Origin: Lama guanicoe
Lineage: Eukaryota
DNA: 64,000 nt
Assembly (NCBI GenBank): GCA_013239625.1
Contig: MU053574.1
Coordinates: 1 to 64,000 of the forward strand
Direction: 5' to 3'
Position 1 is the first letter of the stretch; every line of letters starts with the position of its first letter. This document shows, in pieces, positions 35,063-48,445 of this stretch. The notes under the pieces were generated by a model that saw nothing but the letters and a program-made list of their open reading frames with translations, was not told where the DNA came from and did not search any database. The translations under genes and the position numbers were made by a program.

Positions 35063-35642
35063 GTGAGCATGCCCCATGGAGCCCTCCCTCCCCACCTCAG
35101 ACACTCCCTCTGTCAGCATCTCAACCCCGCAAACCTTGACCCCTTCACAGGATTCCAGGTCCCACCCACCTCTCCTGGCACACCTGTCCCCCAGCCCCAG
35201 CCCCGGTTAAGACTGAACTAGTCTGGCTTATGGGGGTAGAGCCGGGGGGGGGGTTGCCTTGTACTGGCCTCCTAGCCTTTGCACTTGTTCTTTCCTTTTC
35301 CTGGACTATTCTTCTCGCTGTGTTAATCAGGAACTCCTGTTTGTGCCCCAAAATTCGCCCCAGGTGTTCCTTCTGCAAAGCTCCCGGGGCTGCCCCTCAC
35401 CTTCAGCCCCTTATGTGCAGGGCGTGGCATCCAGAACATTCCTGCCCCAGGAATGAATGGCTGCATGGGGGCATAATGACAGCACTGCAGAAGGCCAGGA
35501 GGCTTTGTCCTCTGAGGTCAGCCAGACCCAAGGAGTGATGGGGGATCCCCAGGTGCAGCCCTGGGAGCCTTCACTCCCACAAACAAGTGAGTTTTCAGCC
35601 TCAGGGGCAGAGTGGAGTCAAACAGGTGTTTTTCCTTCCCAG

Positions 35643-35708
35643 GGTGTATGTGGAGAGCTCGCTGCCAGTCTCCTACGTCCCCTATTATCTCCCCTGCCCA
35701 TCGATCTT
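35643..35708 (+). CDS. GBGT1: GBGT1 coding exon (VYVESSLPVSYVPYYLPCPSI)
   Basis: 66 nt; AG/GT; LPVSYVPYYLPCP motif. Confidence 0.95.
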
Positions 35709-37624
35709 GTAAGTATCTGGGTAGGAAGATTGGGGGCGCTGTGAGCTACCCAGAGTGGGGGAGTTGGGAGGGTTTTTAAGGTCACTTTGCAGGTTCTTAG
35801 GTCGTAAGCTCATGATTCTGATCAGTGTGATAAATATGTAGGTAATTTGTGAACTGCCCTAAATGTGGAGTGAAATTCTCTTGTTTCAGTCCTTGGGTGT
35901 CCCTGCAGGACCCCCTCCATGGTGTGACCTGGAGCTTGTTGCATAGCTCTGAGCCTCACTTGCTGTATCTGTAAAATGGGATGATAGAGGTGCCTTTCCC
36001 GGGCCACTTGGAGCATGGGCTGCAATGATGCCTGTACAAATCCGGTATTGCACCTGACCGACCCATTGGAAGTACTCAGTAAACGATGCTTTTAGGACTT
36101 GACCTTTTTGCTCAATTTTGTCTTCTATGTGGATTCATGGAACAAATGGATAAGGGACCCGTCTTCTCCACAAATCTGATTTTTTTGACAGTTAAGAGGG
36201 GAGAAGATGGTTTGGGACAGTCTCAAGGGTGCGTTTGGCCCCATCGTCTTTTGTTTTTTGTGAAAGCAAAAGGAACGTTTAAAATCTGAATCAGAGACTA
36301 CTAATTAACAACAAGGTGTGTTTTACTCTTATAAACATAGAATATGGAAATTAAGAAGCTGGAAAACAGAAAAGACAGAAAAAAAAAACCCTCTTATGTC
36401 CTCCTGGTCTGATCATACTCTGATTCCAAAGTTCATCATCAACTTGTTGATTGCTCCGCTTTCTAATTTGAATAGATTTGAATAGAAGCAGAAAGGCTAC
36501 TTGATACTGAAAATAGTTGCGACCATGCTGTTTTTGCAATTTTTATCCTGCTTTCCCAGAACTGGCTTTGTTTGCCAGCGTTTGGTCACCATCATTTTAT
36601 TCAACCCAGGGGCTGGGCTCTGATTCTTGAACCCCTCTCCTTTTTCCACCAACAGCTTTGGGGCATTTGGGTTGCTTCCAGTCTCCTAGCATTCTAAATT
36701 AGTTTGTAAAGCTCTGATTATAAAGCGGTTTCCATATTGAAGATCCTTTTGTTTGGTACATTTCCTTCCTGAGCCAGAGGACATGGCTGGGTTCTTCATC
36801 CATCTGGTCAGGTTGTCCCCAGAGGGACCATCTCGGTCACACACTCCCACTCCTACTCACACAACACCACTCCCACCCCCAGCAGCTGCCTGCATCTGGG
36901 CAGGTGCTGGAAGTATCAGGCATCACAACAAACAAAAACCAAACCATCTTGCTGATTTCAGAGATGGAGACGGGAAATGCCATCTGATTTAATTTTTTAT
37001 TATTTTTTTTAATTTAAATTTTTAAATTTCACTTCTTGGATTCCTACCAGGTCCTCATCTCCCCAATGCTTTCCCTTAACTGAATTTTCTCTTCTGTGAC
37101 TCGCCTGCTCAGCCACCTCCCTTCTTTGGCCTGTTTTGGGGGTTTCTGTCACCTTGGTCGCAAGTAATTGCTGCATTTTTTTTCTTTCCAGTTTGTCTGT
37201 CTTTTGGTTCTCCTGAGTAATTTTTTTAAATAGACTGAAGTTGGAGATTTTTTTGTCTGTTTCAAATGGTCACAGCTGCCCCTCTGTTCATTTGGATCTC
37301 TCCTTTACTTTTGGTTTTATTACCTTCAGAGGTTTGGAAATGTGAAGTTCCTCTTTTTGGCTATGGCTCATCCGTGGCCTTGGTATTCTTATGTTCAGCT
37401 CTTTAACGTGGCCGGAGTAGGGTGTGTTGAAGCTGATGGGGACAGGGGAGGCGCTGAAGGCCAGGGAAGTGGGGAACATGGGCCCTTCCCCTCTTCTCCC
37501 TACTGGCCATCTTCTCAGTCCCATCAGTTTCTGAGCAGGCACTTGAAATGTGCTTGTCTTTGTGAAACTAGATCAGAAGGCCAATTTGATGGATTGACTT
37601 TAAAAACATTGTTGCTTCAAGAGT

Positions 37625-37905
37625 AGAGACTGATGACAGAAGGACAAATATTACAGGGTATCATTTATATGAGCACTCTAGAATAGTCAAATTTATAGAG
37701 ACAGAAGTAGGAATAATGGTTACCAGGAGCTCAGGGAGAGGGGATGGGGAGTGAGTGTTTAATGGGGACAGAGTTTCAGGTTGGGATGATGAAAGAGTTG
37801 GAGATGGATGGTGGTGATGGTAGCACAACAATGTGAATGTACCTAATGCCCTGAACTGTTAAAATGGTTAAAATGTTAAATCCTTGTAATGTGTATCTTA
37901 CCATA
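37625..37905 (+). mobile_element. L1MB-type 3' end
   Basis: agacagaaggacaaatatt...ggagatggatggtggtgatggtagcacaacaatgtgaatgtacctaatgcc. Confidence 0.8.
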
Positions 37906-38551
37906 CACATACACGCATGCACACATGTGTGCGCGCGCACACACACACACACACACACAGCATAGCTGGAAAAAGTAGGAAAGCTCTAAGAGGCCTAGGG
38001 CATCCCATCCTATGTGACATATTGAAGGTACCCAAGCAGACGGGCACCGCATCCTCAGGTGGTCTGAGCCTTATGGCCGACCTCGGGCCTCTGCTGGAGC
38101 TGGCTCTGACCTGCTTTCTGGGCAGCCTTGGGCCAGCCTTTCCCTTCTGAAGGCCTCACTTCTGCTTGGAGAATGAATGTATTGTCCCTATTTTAAGGGT
38201 GAGGGAACTAAACCCGGAGGATTGAGATGTCTGGCCCCAGGTCTCTCCAGCCACCTAGTGGCAGAACCCGGAGTTGCATGACCTGTAGCCTCCTGTGTCT
38301 GAGCCTGCCACCGGCCACCTCCTTCCTTGGGCACCCCTCTTCTAGTTCACCCAGGTAGGCCTGGGCTGAAGCTGGTGGAGGCTGACCACACAGACTGCCT
38401 GACAAGAAGAAGCCAGGGTACTGGTCTTTCTGACCATTTGTTCCGTGCTGAGCATGGGCTGACAGCCCCTGACTTCCATGGCTCCTTTAATTTTCATGGC
38501 AGCCCTGAGGGTTAAGGATGCTTCCTCCTTTTACAGATGAGGAAAAGTGGG

Positions 38552-38935
38552 TGTATCAGTCAGGGATCCACTAAAGAAGCAGAACCAAGAGGAGGGAAGG
38601 ACACCGACAGATCGATCAATTGATTGATTGAAAGAAAGTGTCTCCCGTGACTGTGGGGGTGGCTAAGCCAGTCTGAAATCCACAGAGCAGGCCGTCGGGA
38701 AGACGAGCTGGAACTCTGGGCAGGAGCTGACACGGCTGTCCATCAACAGAATTTCTTCTTCTTCAGGGAAACCTCAGTTCTATTCTTAAGGTCTTTCAAC
38801 TGAGTGTGTTAGGCGCCCCCCAGACTGAAGAAGATGATCTTTAGGTTCAGCCGGTGTAGATGTTATTCACATCTACCAAACATGCACGCACCTTCACGGT
38901 AGCGCCTCAGCTGGTGCTTGTGTAAGTGGACACTA
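38552..38935. mobile_element. MLT2-like (ERVL) LTR
   Basis: tgtatcagtcaggg...cagaacca...gtctgaaatccacagagcaggcc...ggaactct pattern. Confidence 0.6.
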
Positions 38936-39314
38936 CAACTGCCCATCGCTGTGGACTCAGGCTAATTAACTCGCCCAAGGGTCCCAGGCTAGAAAGTGGG
39001 CTCACGGGGACCTTACAGCCTCTCAAACCTCCTGCCCAGTGCCACATCCTACAGAGCAATGAGTCTGAAAGAGCACCACTTCTTGACAAGTGGCACGAGG
39101 CTCAAATCATACAGTGCCCCTGGACAGCCGGCTTCTGTAGGAGCCCAGCCCCCGCGGAGCAGGCCGAGCAGTGGGGAAGGGCATCTGCATGGAGCCTGGG
39201 GCGGCGGGAAAGGGTGCCTGCCCCGGGGGGCTTCAGCTCAGCTTCATCCTTCCCTGCTTCCTATCTCTGCCCCCGACCCTGGCACTAATGGCTCTGCCTC
39301 ACCTCTCCCACCAG

Positions 39315-39365
39315 CAACATGAAGCTGCAGTACAAGGGTGAGGAGCCGTTCCAGCCTGTGGCACC
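39315..39365 (+). CDS. GBGT1: GBGT1 coding exon (NMKLQYKGEEPFQPVA)
   Basis: 51 nt; AG/GT; phase-consistent. Confidence 0.93.
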
Positions 39366-39445
39366 GTAAGCTGACTGTCATTCCCCATGGGTGGCCCCGG
39401 GGGTGGGGGCTGCCTCCGCTCACCACTGGCCCTTCTTGGTTGCAG

Positions 39446-39481
39446 GTCACAGTACCCTCAGCCCAAGCTGCTGGAGCAAAA
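39446..39481 (+). CDS. GBGT1: GBGT1 coding exon (SQYPQPKLLEQ)
   Basis: 36 nt; AG/GT; YPQPKLL motif of GT6 family. Confidence 0.93.
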
Positions 39482-40072
39482 GTAGGTGTGGAGCAGCGCC
39501 TGGGTGCAGAGGGAGAGACCTGGGGTGGAGGTGGCGGGGACAGAGTTCTGGTTTATAAGTTGGGGTAGTGGAGGTGTCATGTGGCCTTAGGATCCTGGTA
39601 GTCTGGGACCTGGGCCCCAGTCCAGCTCTGTCACTTGCTGTGTGACCTTGGGCAGGTTCCCCAACTGCTCTGAGCTTTTTCTGCACAGGTGGATAATAAT
39701 AATACCCCCCTCTTAGGATGTTGTAGGACCAGATGAGATGGTGTTTGTGAAACGCAGAGCACAGGGCCTGCTGTTTCGTAGCACGTGATCTGTTGGTAAT
39801 GATGATGTTAATGACCTCCATCTCTGAGGCACTTAGCAGGCTCCTGAAATGCCTGACACCCCCCTCCCCAGCACTTGGCGTGTGTTAACTCTCTCCTCTT
39901 GACTGTGCTGGGGAGTAGCTATTATGATCCCCACTTTCCCTATGAGGAGACTGTGGCCCAGAGACAGGGAGGAAGCTGCCCAGGGTCACACAGCAGGGGA
40001 GGCAGGGCCAAGAGGAGACTGAGGCTTTCATGAGGGGAGGGTCTCAGCCCCCACAGCCTCCTCTGCTGCCAG

Positions 40073-40207
40073 GCACACCAGGCTACTGACACTCACACCC
40101 TGGTTGGCGCCCATCGTCTCTGAGGGAACCTTCGACCCTGAGCTTCTGCATCACATCTACCAGCCACTGAACCTGACCATCGGGCTCACAGTGTTTGCCG
40201 TGGGGAA
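40073..40207 (+). CDS. GBGT1: GBGT1 coding exon ([44 protein letters not shown])
   Basis: 135 nt; AG/GT; GT6 [12 protein letters not shown] motif. Confidence 0.95.
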
Positions 40208-41255
40208 GTGAGTGGTGGGCTGGGCTGCGGGGAGAGGGTGGTTTCTGAGCCCCAGGGACTGATAGTCCTGGGAGAGACAGGACCCTGGCCCGGGCACCAG
40301 GGAGGCTCTGAACCAGGTGCAGGTGGGACGGTGCAGACTGTGATGGTAGGAGCGGGGCTTCCTGGAGGAAGACAGTCTGGCCCTGGCACAGAATGGGGCC
40401 GGGGGAGGCAGCCTAGGTGAGGGAGCAGCAGGAGCCTTTGTCAGGAGACATCCTTGCCCTCTCGCCCACCCACCCTGCTTCCCCTGAACGGTCCAGGCAG
40501 GTGTGAAGGAATAGAAACCCCCCAAGACCACGTCACATAAACAGGGGTCTGTAGTCAGGCCACAGGCAGGTCAAGAGACCTAGGCAAAGCTGGACCTGCC
40601 CCAGGACCTTCTCTTCACCCCAACGCCTGCCTACTCTCGGGACCACCACCCCCACTTTCCCCTCCCCTCCCTCCCCCTCCCCCCCACTGCTTTTCTTTTA
40701 GGAGCCATTACCTGGCAGCTTCCCTCTGGGTCCCTTCCTGGGGCTCCTGAGAGAGCGACCCTGATGGGGCCCCAACGCCTAAAGTGCTGCCCGCTTGGGG
40801 TCAGAGCACCTCCCACCCAATCAGCTGCGGCCGGGAAACGTGGTCCCGGCACCCAGCACCCCACACCACTCACCTGCTGCTTGGTTACTTTCCTCTCTCT
40901 GAGCCTCAGTGTCTGTGCCTGTAAAGTGGGGATTGTGGTGCTGGCCTTCTTGGGAGTTTATGAGGCCAGAAGGAAGTAAGAATCTCTTAGAACACTGCCT
41001 GTCACTTAGTAAGACTCAGTCAAAGTGAGTTCTGTCCATGACTATGAGAGTCATAAAGTATCATTATTAGGATGATCTTAGGAGGTTGGTGCTATGATTG
41101 GAGGAATCTGGCAGACGAAGACCACGAGGGTCAGACCTGAGCGACTTCTCGAGGCGGGAAGCTAGGCCCTGGCCCCACATGGTGCTGGCACATAGTGGGG
41201 ACCCAGACGGCAGCCTTGTGGCAGTGGTGGTGGATGATGAAGTCATGTCCACCAG

Positions 41256-41940
41256 GTACACCCAATTCGTCCAGCGCTTCCTGGAGTCGGCCGAACGCTT
41301 CTTCATGCAGGGTTACCGAGTGTGCTACTATGTCTTCACCGATGACCCCACGGTCCTTCCTCGGGTCCCGCTGGGCCCCGGCCGCCTCCTCAGCATCGTC
41401 CCCATCAAGAGGCACTCCCACTGGGAGGAGATCTCCACACGCCGGATGGAGACCATCAGCCAGCACATTGCAGAGAGTGCGCACCGGGAGGTGGACTACC
41501 TGTTCTGCGTCGATGTGGACATGGTATTCCGGAACCCATGGGGCCCGGAGACCTTAGGGGACCTGGTGGCTGCCATTCACCCAGGCTACTTCGCTGTACC
41601 CCGCCAGCAGTTCCCCTACGAGCGCAGGCATGTGTCCACTGCCTTTGTGGCTGATGGCGAGGGAGACTTCTATTATGGTGGGGCGGTCTTTGGGGGGCGG
41701 GTGGCCAGGGTGTACGAGTTTACCAGGGGCTGCCACATGGGCATCCTGGCGGACAAGGCCAATGGCATCATGGCGGCCTGGCAGGAGGAGAGCCACCTGA
41801 ACCGTCGCTTCATCTCACACAAGCCCTCCAAAGTGCTGTCCCCCGAGTACCTCTGGGATGACAGGAAGCCCCAGCCTCCCAGCCTGAAGCTGATCCGCTT
41901 TTCTACACTGGACAAGGACACCAACTGGCTAAGGAGCTGA
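41256..41940 (+). CDS. GBGT1: GBGT1 last coding exon (catalytic GT6 domain)
   Basis: DVD motif, FYYGGAVFGG, WQEESHLN; 685 nt to TGA. Confidence 0.97.
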
Positions 41941-42590
41941 CGGCAGAGTCCAGGCTGCTGTGGATGGGGGGACCCCAAGCCCTGCACCCAGTTCGCCCCC
42001 AGCCCCCAGTGCAGCCTACTTGCAACAGTGCCTCACTTCCCAAGCCTTAGCTGAGACCAGCCCTGTGCCGCCTGCCTCCCAGTCTGCCAGCAGAATCCAG
42101 AGGGAAAATGGGCGTGTAAAGACCTTTGCAAACTGTAAAGGGCCATGCTCACACTAGAAGAATGCAAAGATCACACAGCATGTGGCCCCAGAATGGTCGA
42201 AAGGGAGGAAGGGAGACTAGAGGTGGAAGGAGACAGGGCCCGCAGGCCTCACCCCACACACGTGCCTTGGGGGCGGGCGCTGGAGTCTCAGCCCCGCCCA
42301 GGGACTGAAGTCCCCACACCCCCCTCCTTTTGTCGCCTGTCGCCCTTAAGTTTGCACTTCCAGCACCCTGGTGTGAAAGGCATCCTGGACCCCTTTTCTC
42401 AGGCTGCAGGAGTTCTGGGTCCTGGGATGTCCCCCAGCCACACAGAGACAGTTTCTCACTCGGGACCCCAAGTGCGCCTTTGAAATGGACCAGGTTGAGG
42501 CTTTCTGGCTTAAGTCCAGCCTGCACTTGAGGTGGCCCACACTCCCTTGGCACCAGCCACCTTCTCTGTAAGAGGGTTAGGGCAGTTCTT

Positions 42591-42596
42591 AATAAA
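42591..42596 (+). terminator. GBGT1: GBGT1 poly(A) signal
   Basis: AATAAA ~650 nt after the stop, followed by GT-rich sequence. Confidence 0.75.
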
Positions 42597-45500
42597 GGTG
42601 GTGAGCGCTAGGCTCTGTTGCTTCACCCGCACGTCTGTCTGCGCTGCCAGCCCCTAGGGATTCAGTCAGCCGGAGTGGCCGATACAGTCAGCTGGTGGAG
42701 GGGTACAGTCTTCCAGGAAACCTGGGCTGAAGCTGGTCCCTTCGACAGACAGGATTTCACCCCGAGTCTCCTGGAAGACGGGTGAAGTAGAACCGTGCCA
42801 CCAGACAAGCCGCACTGGTGAGTTGGAGCAGAGCCCACCAGCTGGGTTCCCTGTGGGCTCTTAGACCCTGAGCACATAGCAAATGTGTCTGCAAGGGCCC
42901 CTGTGTCCCAGGTGAGCCTTAGCCCTGTGAGGCCCCTGGCGGGCATGGGGCCCCCAGGCCATGCATTGTGCAGGCTCAGGATTAGAGAGGCTTCAGAGCC
43001 CAGCTGTGGTCCAATCTGCCTGGTGGGACAGAGCTGTGGTGGTGGGGGCGGCCCAGTGTCCACTCTCCTGGGGGCAGCAGCGTCTTTACCACGTAAGGGA
43101 GAGGCGGGGGGCAGGGAGGGATGTAATCTGTGGTCATAACGGGAGAAGGAGGAACCCCTGACCTGGCCACCCCTGGCAAAGCTGGGCCAGCCCCATGCCC
43201 ACTCTTCCTGCAGGTTTGGCCAGCGAACAAGGACAGACTACAGGTGTGTAGGCAGGCTGACCAGTGTGAGGAGACAGCCCGGACTGGACAAGACGCATCA
43301 GGGAGGTTAGGCAGTTAGGCCTGGGTGGACCATGGCCCATGTGTCGCCAGTGGGGAGCACCTTCCTAGGATGTCTGTCCATGCCCTGGGGAGGGAGGGGT
43401 TGTGAAGCCAGTTAGGTTGAAGGAACAGGCCCTGCCTTCGAGGAGTTTCCATGTTGGAGCAGGGAGAGGGCCTGTGATGTGGAGGAGGAGGTGGCCCTGA
43501 GGCCTGGGCAGCATCAGCCTTGCAGGGGGGAAGGGGGTCCCTTCTTGCTCCCAGGCCACTCTGGGCCATTCTCAGCCTTGGCCCAAGCCCTCAGGTACTA
43601 TGGCTACCCTGGTCCCCATCCCAGGCATGGCCCTCAGAAACAAGTTGAGTGAGTGACAGTGCCCAACTCCTGGAACCAAACTGGGGTACAGTCTACTTTC
43701 CAAAAAGATGCTAAGGGCTTGGGGGCTGGAGCTCCTCCATGGTTGGGAGGAAGTAAGGGGCCTAGTAGGGGTGGGATGGGTGGTGGGGGACAGGCCTGGC
43801 CCGGCAGAAGGAGGTGAGAATGCCTGGAAATAGAAATAGACAAAATTACAGTTACAGAATGTCTGCAGTGGCCCCTGAAACGTAAGCCACCTCTCCTTTC
43901 ATGGCCAGCTACCTCCTCTCCACGCCCAACAACCCAACATCATTACCCTGTCACAGGGCCTGGCCCAGCACACCTCTGCTCACACTGCCTACCAGTCAGG
44001 CCTCCCGGTCCAATCACCTGGCCAGTTCCTGGATACTTACTCCTGACTTCACCTCCTCCAGGAAGCCTACCTTGATTTGTGTCCCCCTCCAGAGTGGGTA
44101 CTTTTCAGTGTTCCCATAAATCCTCATTCCTGTGTCATCATTTACAATGTTCTAGTCATCTCCACCCCTTCCCCCGGCTGGTAAACCCCAAGAGGGCACA
44201 GATGGTGGCCTGCCAGGTTTAGCCCAGTCCCTGAAACCCCAGAGGGATTCCATGAGTGTTTGTTGAATGACTGTGTGAATGTGAGGCAGCTGAGAACACA
44301 GGTTTGAGCATGTCCTAGCACCTGTGGGATGTTGGGCAGGTCACCTCCCTGAAGCCCTGGGGTGAGGATGAAATGGGATTATGGTGGGGACACCTGTGGG
44401 CACTGACTTCCAGGCAGGTACTTGGAGAAATAGCTAGATCTGGGCCTGCCAGGCAACATGCCCAACCCTGAGAGGGGGAGGTGACCACCAGAGCCCACAC
44501 TGTACACAGGAGGAAACAGGCAGACTGCATCGCTGGCTGCATCTCAGGGATGCACGCTTGAGTGGCGTGAATAATGCACGCACTACGCTCCTTCCAACTG
44601 AGATGCTGTGGCTCTGATTAAACCACCTGGATCATGTCCTCTGCTGCCCCCAACCTGCAGTGACCCCGTACTCCTTGCCCAACATTCAAAGTCCTGTGTG
44701 GTCTGGATGTCCTCCCAGTGTGCACCCCTCACCCCCACTCCACCTCCCCACAGCCTTCCTCCCTGCACTGACCCTTCCAAGCCCTTGCCCTGCTCAGGGC
44801 CCCCTGCCTGCAGTGCCCCTCCCCACAGCCCCCCATCCATGATGAACTCACCTTCAAGGCTGGGCCCAAAGGCCACCTCCTCGGGCTCCTGAGTAAGCAC
44901 AGCCTTTGGGGTCAGATTGACCTGAGCTCAAACCCACAGCCCTGTGACCTCACAGCCCTGTGACAGGCAAGCTCCTGAGACTCTCAGAGCCTCAGTTTCC
45001 TCCATTGAAAAGGGGGTCAGTGACTCTGACCTTGGGAGGGAGTGATGGGGATTAAAGCAGGGAGATGAAGGTGCCCTAAGTGCTTGGACTCAGGATGTTG
45101 CCTGGCAGGGGGAGCCCAGCACAGGAGGAGGCCTCTGACGGTCAGCACAGGGCTCAGTGATGGAAAAGAGCAATGATTGTGAGCCCCGCATTCACAGCAG
45201 GACTTGGTCACTCAGAGCTGAGTGACCTTGAGACCTTTTATACATGCACTGTTCATGCATAAAAAGGGGCAAAACCCCGGAGCGCCCAGGAGGTGTCCTT
45301 ACCATCACTAACTACTCCCAGCACTCGCTCATCCCGGTAGTGGGGCCCCTCCTCCCTGGGCTCCCTCCAACCCCCTTTCACCAGCCAGGGCTGCAGCGGG
45401 GGGGCAGGCTGGACCTTGTGTCCAGAGGTCCTGCCGGTAAGAGGAGGAGAGGGGATGAGGAGGAGGGGGTAGGTGCGGCTTGACTTTTTCCCTGCCTGTA

Positions 45501-45719
45501 CTCCGTGCCCACTGCTGCCTGGAGGACTACTTGTCCCAGCCACGCACTGAGCTGTCTCCAGCAGGTGGCATACGGAGACCAGGACAGGATGAGGTGTATA
45601 ATCGGTGACTCCCACAACCCCAGGTCTACACTACCACCCGGCCCAGCCCCTGCCCGTTTGGGTTTGGGGTGGCTCGGGGTCCTAGGGTGCACAGGAGGAA
45701 CAGAGCAGGCTGTGGGGAC

Positions 45720-46340
45720 GCAGGGGACCCGCCGCTAGCTGAGCCCTGGGTGCGCGGCGCGCCAGCGCAAGGCAAGGCGGGGCTCACGTGCACGCGCGGT
45801 CCGCGGACCCGCGCAGGCCCCGTGTGCGCGCCCGGCCGTGGACGCGAGGCCCGGCTGCCCCGGCCGGGTCCACCCACGTCTGCCCGCGAGTAGGAGGCCA
45901 GTGCGCGCCCCCGAGCTCGCACGGCGGGGCCCGCCCCTGACACCTGCGGCGGGCGGGGGCGGGGCCAAGCTGCTCCCCGCCCACCCGGCTGGAGCCCGGG
46001 AGCCCAGGCAAGTCCCGGGCCCGGCGGGGACGGGAGGCCGCGCCATGAGCCCCGCAGCCGGGCGCCCCCCTGCGCCGCGCGCGGGCCGAGGCGAGCGGCC
46101 TCTGCGAGCGCTGGGCCCCGCCCTGGGGCTGGCGATGTGCTGCCAGGGCTGAGGATGATGGTAGATTGCCAGGTGAGTGCCCCGCCCGGCCGCGGCCGCC
46201 CTCCCCGGCGTCGGCGGTGGAGGGAGGACCACATGCCTCCCCCGTCAACACCCCATCCATCCCGGAGGGAGCCCGGCGCCGAGTCCACGTTGAGCGCGCG
46301 CTTACGCAGTTCCGTGTCCCACCCTTCCTGGTACAACCGG
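45720..46340 (+). promoter_or_regulatory. RALGDS: RALGDS distal CpG-island promoter
   Basis: Very CpG-dense, GC boxes, E-box CACGTG at 45785; contains the first coding exon. Confidence 0.85.
46155..46172 (+). CDS. RALGDS: RALGDS alternative first coding exon (MMVDCQ)
   Basis: Identical to the recalled mammalian RALGDS isoform N-terminus MMVDCQ|SSTQEIGEE; consensus CAG|gtgagt donor; phase 0. Confidence 0.9.
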
Positions 46341-48445
46341 GAAACTGAGGCCAGGAGAGAGACAGAGACTGGCTCGGGGCCCACGAAGTGGGCAGAGTCC
46401 AGAAGAGAAGGAAGGGTCCCAGCCTCTTATGCGAGGGCTCGGCCACTCCCATGGAGTTTCCTTTGGGAATGAACGCTCCTAAAATCCTGGGGGACTCCTC
46501 CACCCCCTCCCATAAAAGGCTGTTTCCTCTCGGCATCCTGATGCGCCCACAGGTATATGCACACACATTGACGTCACAGATGGGGACCACGGCGTAGATT
46601 CAGAGGAGGAGTGGATACTGGGAGGTGACCAGAGGGAAAGAAGAAAGAGGTTGGAGGCAGCTCTACCATGGGGCAGGACCATCTAGTCTCCTGGCAACAT
46701 ACTCAGGGCCCAAAGCATGAGGGGGAAAGATGCTAGGCTGATGGACAGAGTATCCCCAAGGTGCCCAGGGGTCTGCCTGGGCAGGGACCATCCCCAGAGT
46801 AGCCTGGAGAGGACAGTTTCTGAGTCCTGCATCCACCACTCTGGGCACATAGAACTAGGATGAGATCCGCCCCCAACCCCAGTGTGGAAGGAACTACAGG
46901 ACAGAAGGCTTCAGCATATTCCACTGTAAGTGGGGTACATAGATGGGGTGATCCCAAGGGTCCTACAGCTTGTAAAAGAGTCTTTTGGCCTTGGTTCTCC
47001 ATCCATGACTCACCGTGCTCTGAGTCCTTGGAAACTGTTTTCTACTTCCTCGAGGTCCTTCTGAGCAGAGGGCAGACTGGGGACTTGGGGGACAGGGAAC
47101 CTGGGTAGTGCAGAATGAGGCAGGACCACTCGTCCAGGGACAAGGAACAAATCTATCTTTGTTGGAGCCTAGGGGTCCTCATTTGGAAGTGGGTGGAGTC
47201 ATTACCCTGGTGGGGGTCAGGAGGCCTTGTGAGTGAACTGGACACTACGACAGTGGAGGGAAACAGGGGGACAAGAAGGACTTCTGAGGATGCTCACATC
47301 GCTTCTGGAGCCAGCAGCTCTTGCTCCTTTGCCCCTCTGAGGGAGGGAGAGCCGCTGCCTTGACAACACCCAAACAAAGGTGTGTGTTTTTGTTTTCTGG
47401 TTTTCCTGCCTGGGACTGCAGTGCTGGAGCTGACCACCAGGGGGCGGGCTGTGCCTACTGTGCTCAATGGAGGAACTGAAGCGGGGAAGGGACACCAGGG
47501 AGTCATTCTGGGTGTCCCCCTGCCCCTGATCCAACAAGGGCCTTTTATTACTAGCTTCTGTGTCCACAATATAAGCTGCTCAGAGGCGGGAAGGGGCTCT
47601 GAGATCCTCTATTGATTCATTCAGCTACTGTGCCCTGGGCACTCACCCAGGAGCACACAGCCTGGAGGGCCAGATGGACAAAAGCAGGAAAGTAAATCCC
47701 TGGGAGAGAGAAGAGCACGTGCTCCAGGGAAACGAGTCAGGGTCCTGGAGGGAGAGCCGGGAGCTCCTGGGGTGGGGGAATGGTGTCTAAAGGTCTCCAG
47801 GGTGATCATGATGCTGTGACCAGAAAGACCAGAGGCACCAGCCCTGCAGACTGTGAGCAGTGAGCGGGGGAAGGTCGAAGGTGCAGAGACTCAGAGACCG
47901 AAGAGACTTTGGCCAGAGAGGTGGGCGGGAGGGAGGAGGGCAGGGCCGGACCCGGGTCTGGAAGGCCGACCCGCTGTCTGTGCGGGGTGACAGCGTTCCC
48001 CTAACTTAGCGCTTATGAAGACAACATCGACCATCTCCGTGCCTGTGACCAGGATGCAGGCTTGACTCAGCTGAGAACCTCTGCCTCCAGGTCTCCCTAG
48101 GTGCTGGGCTGTGGTCTCAACTGAGGTTCCATCAGGGTGCGTCTGTCTCTGAGATTACCCACAGGTCATTGGCAGGGTTCATTTGGGCAGCGGGTGGGTG
48201 CAGAGAGAGATTCCGGAAGGGCATGTCCTGTGGTTAGAGTTGACTGGAGACGGGAAGGTACGATGCTGAAGATGAGGAGGAGGATTGGGTCTGGTATCTA
48301 CTGAGTGCTCCTGTCTCCCATCCTCACTGCCCAGGGTCAGCTGCGCAGTCGTCAGGTTCCTGGGCTCTCGCCTGGAGCGCTGGCTCGGCTGCACTGGGCC
48401 AGGGCAGCAGAGGCGGGGCTTGGTCCCACACGGGCAGTAGGGGTG

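Noticed and set aside
41098..41255. In-frame N-terminal extension of the GBGT1 last-exon ORF
   Set aside because: Intronic; homology and splice phase start at 41256, and a product starting here would lack the TM anchor and part of the catalytic fold.
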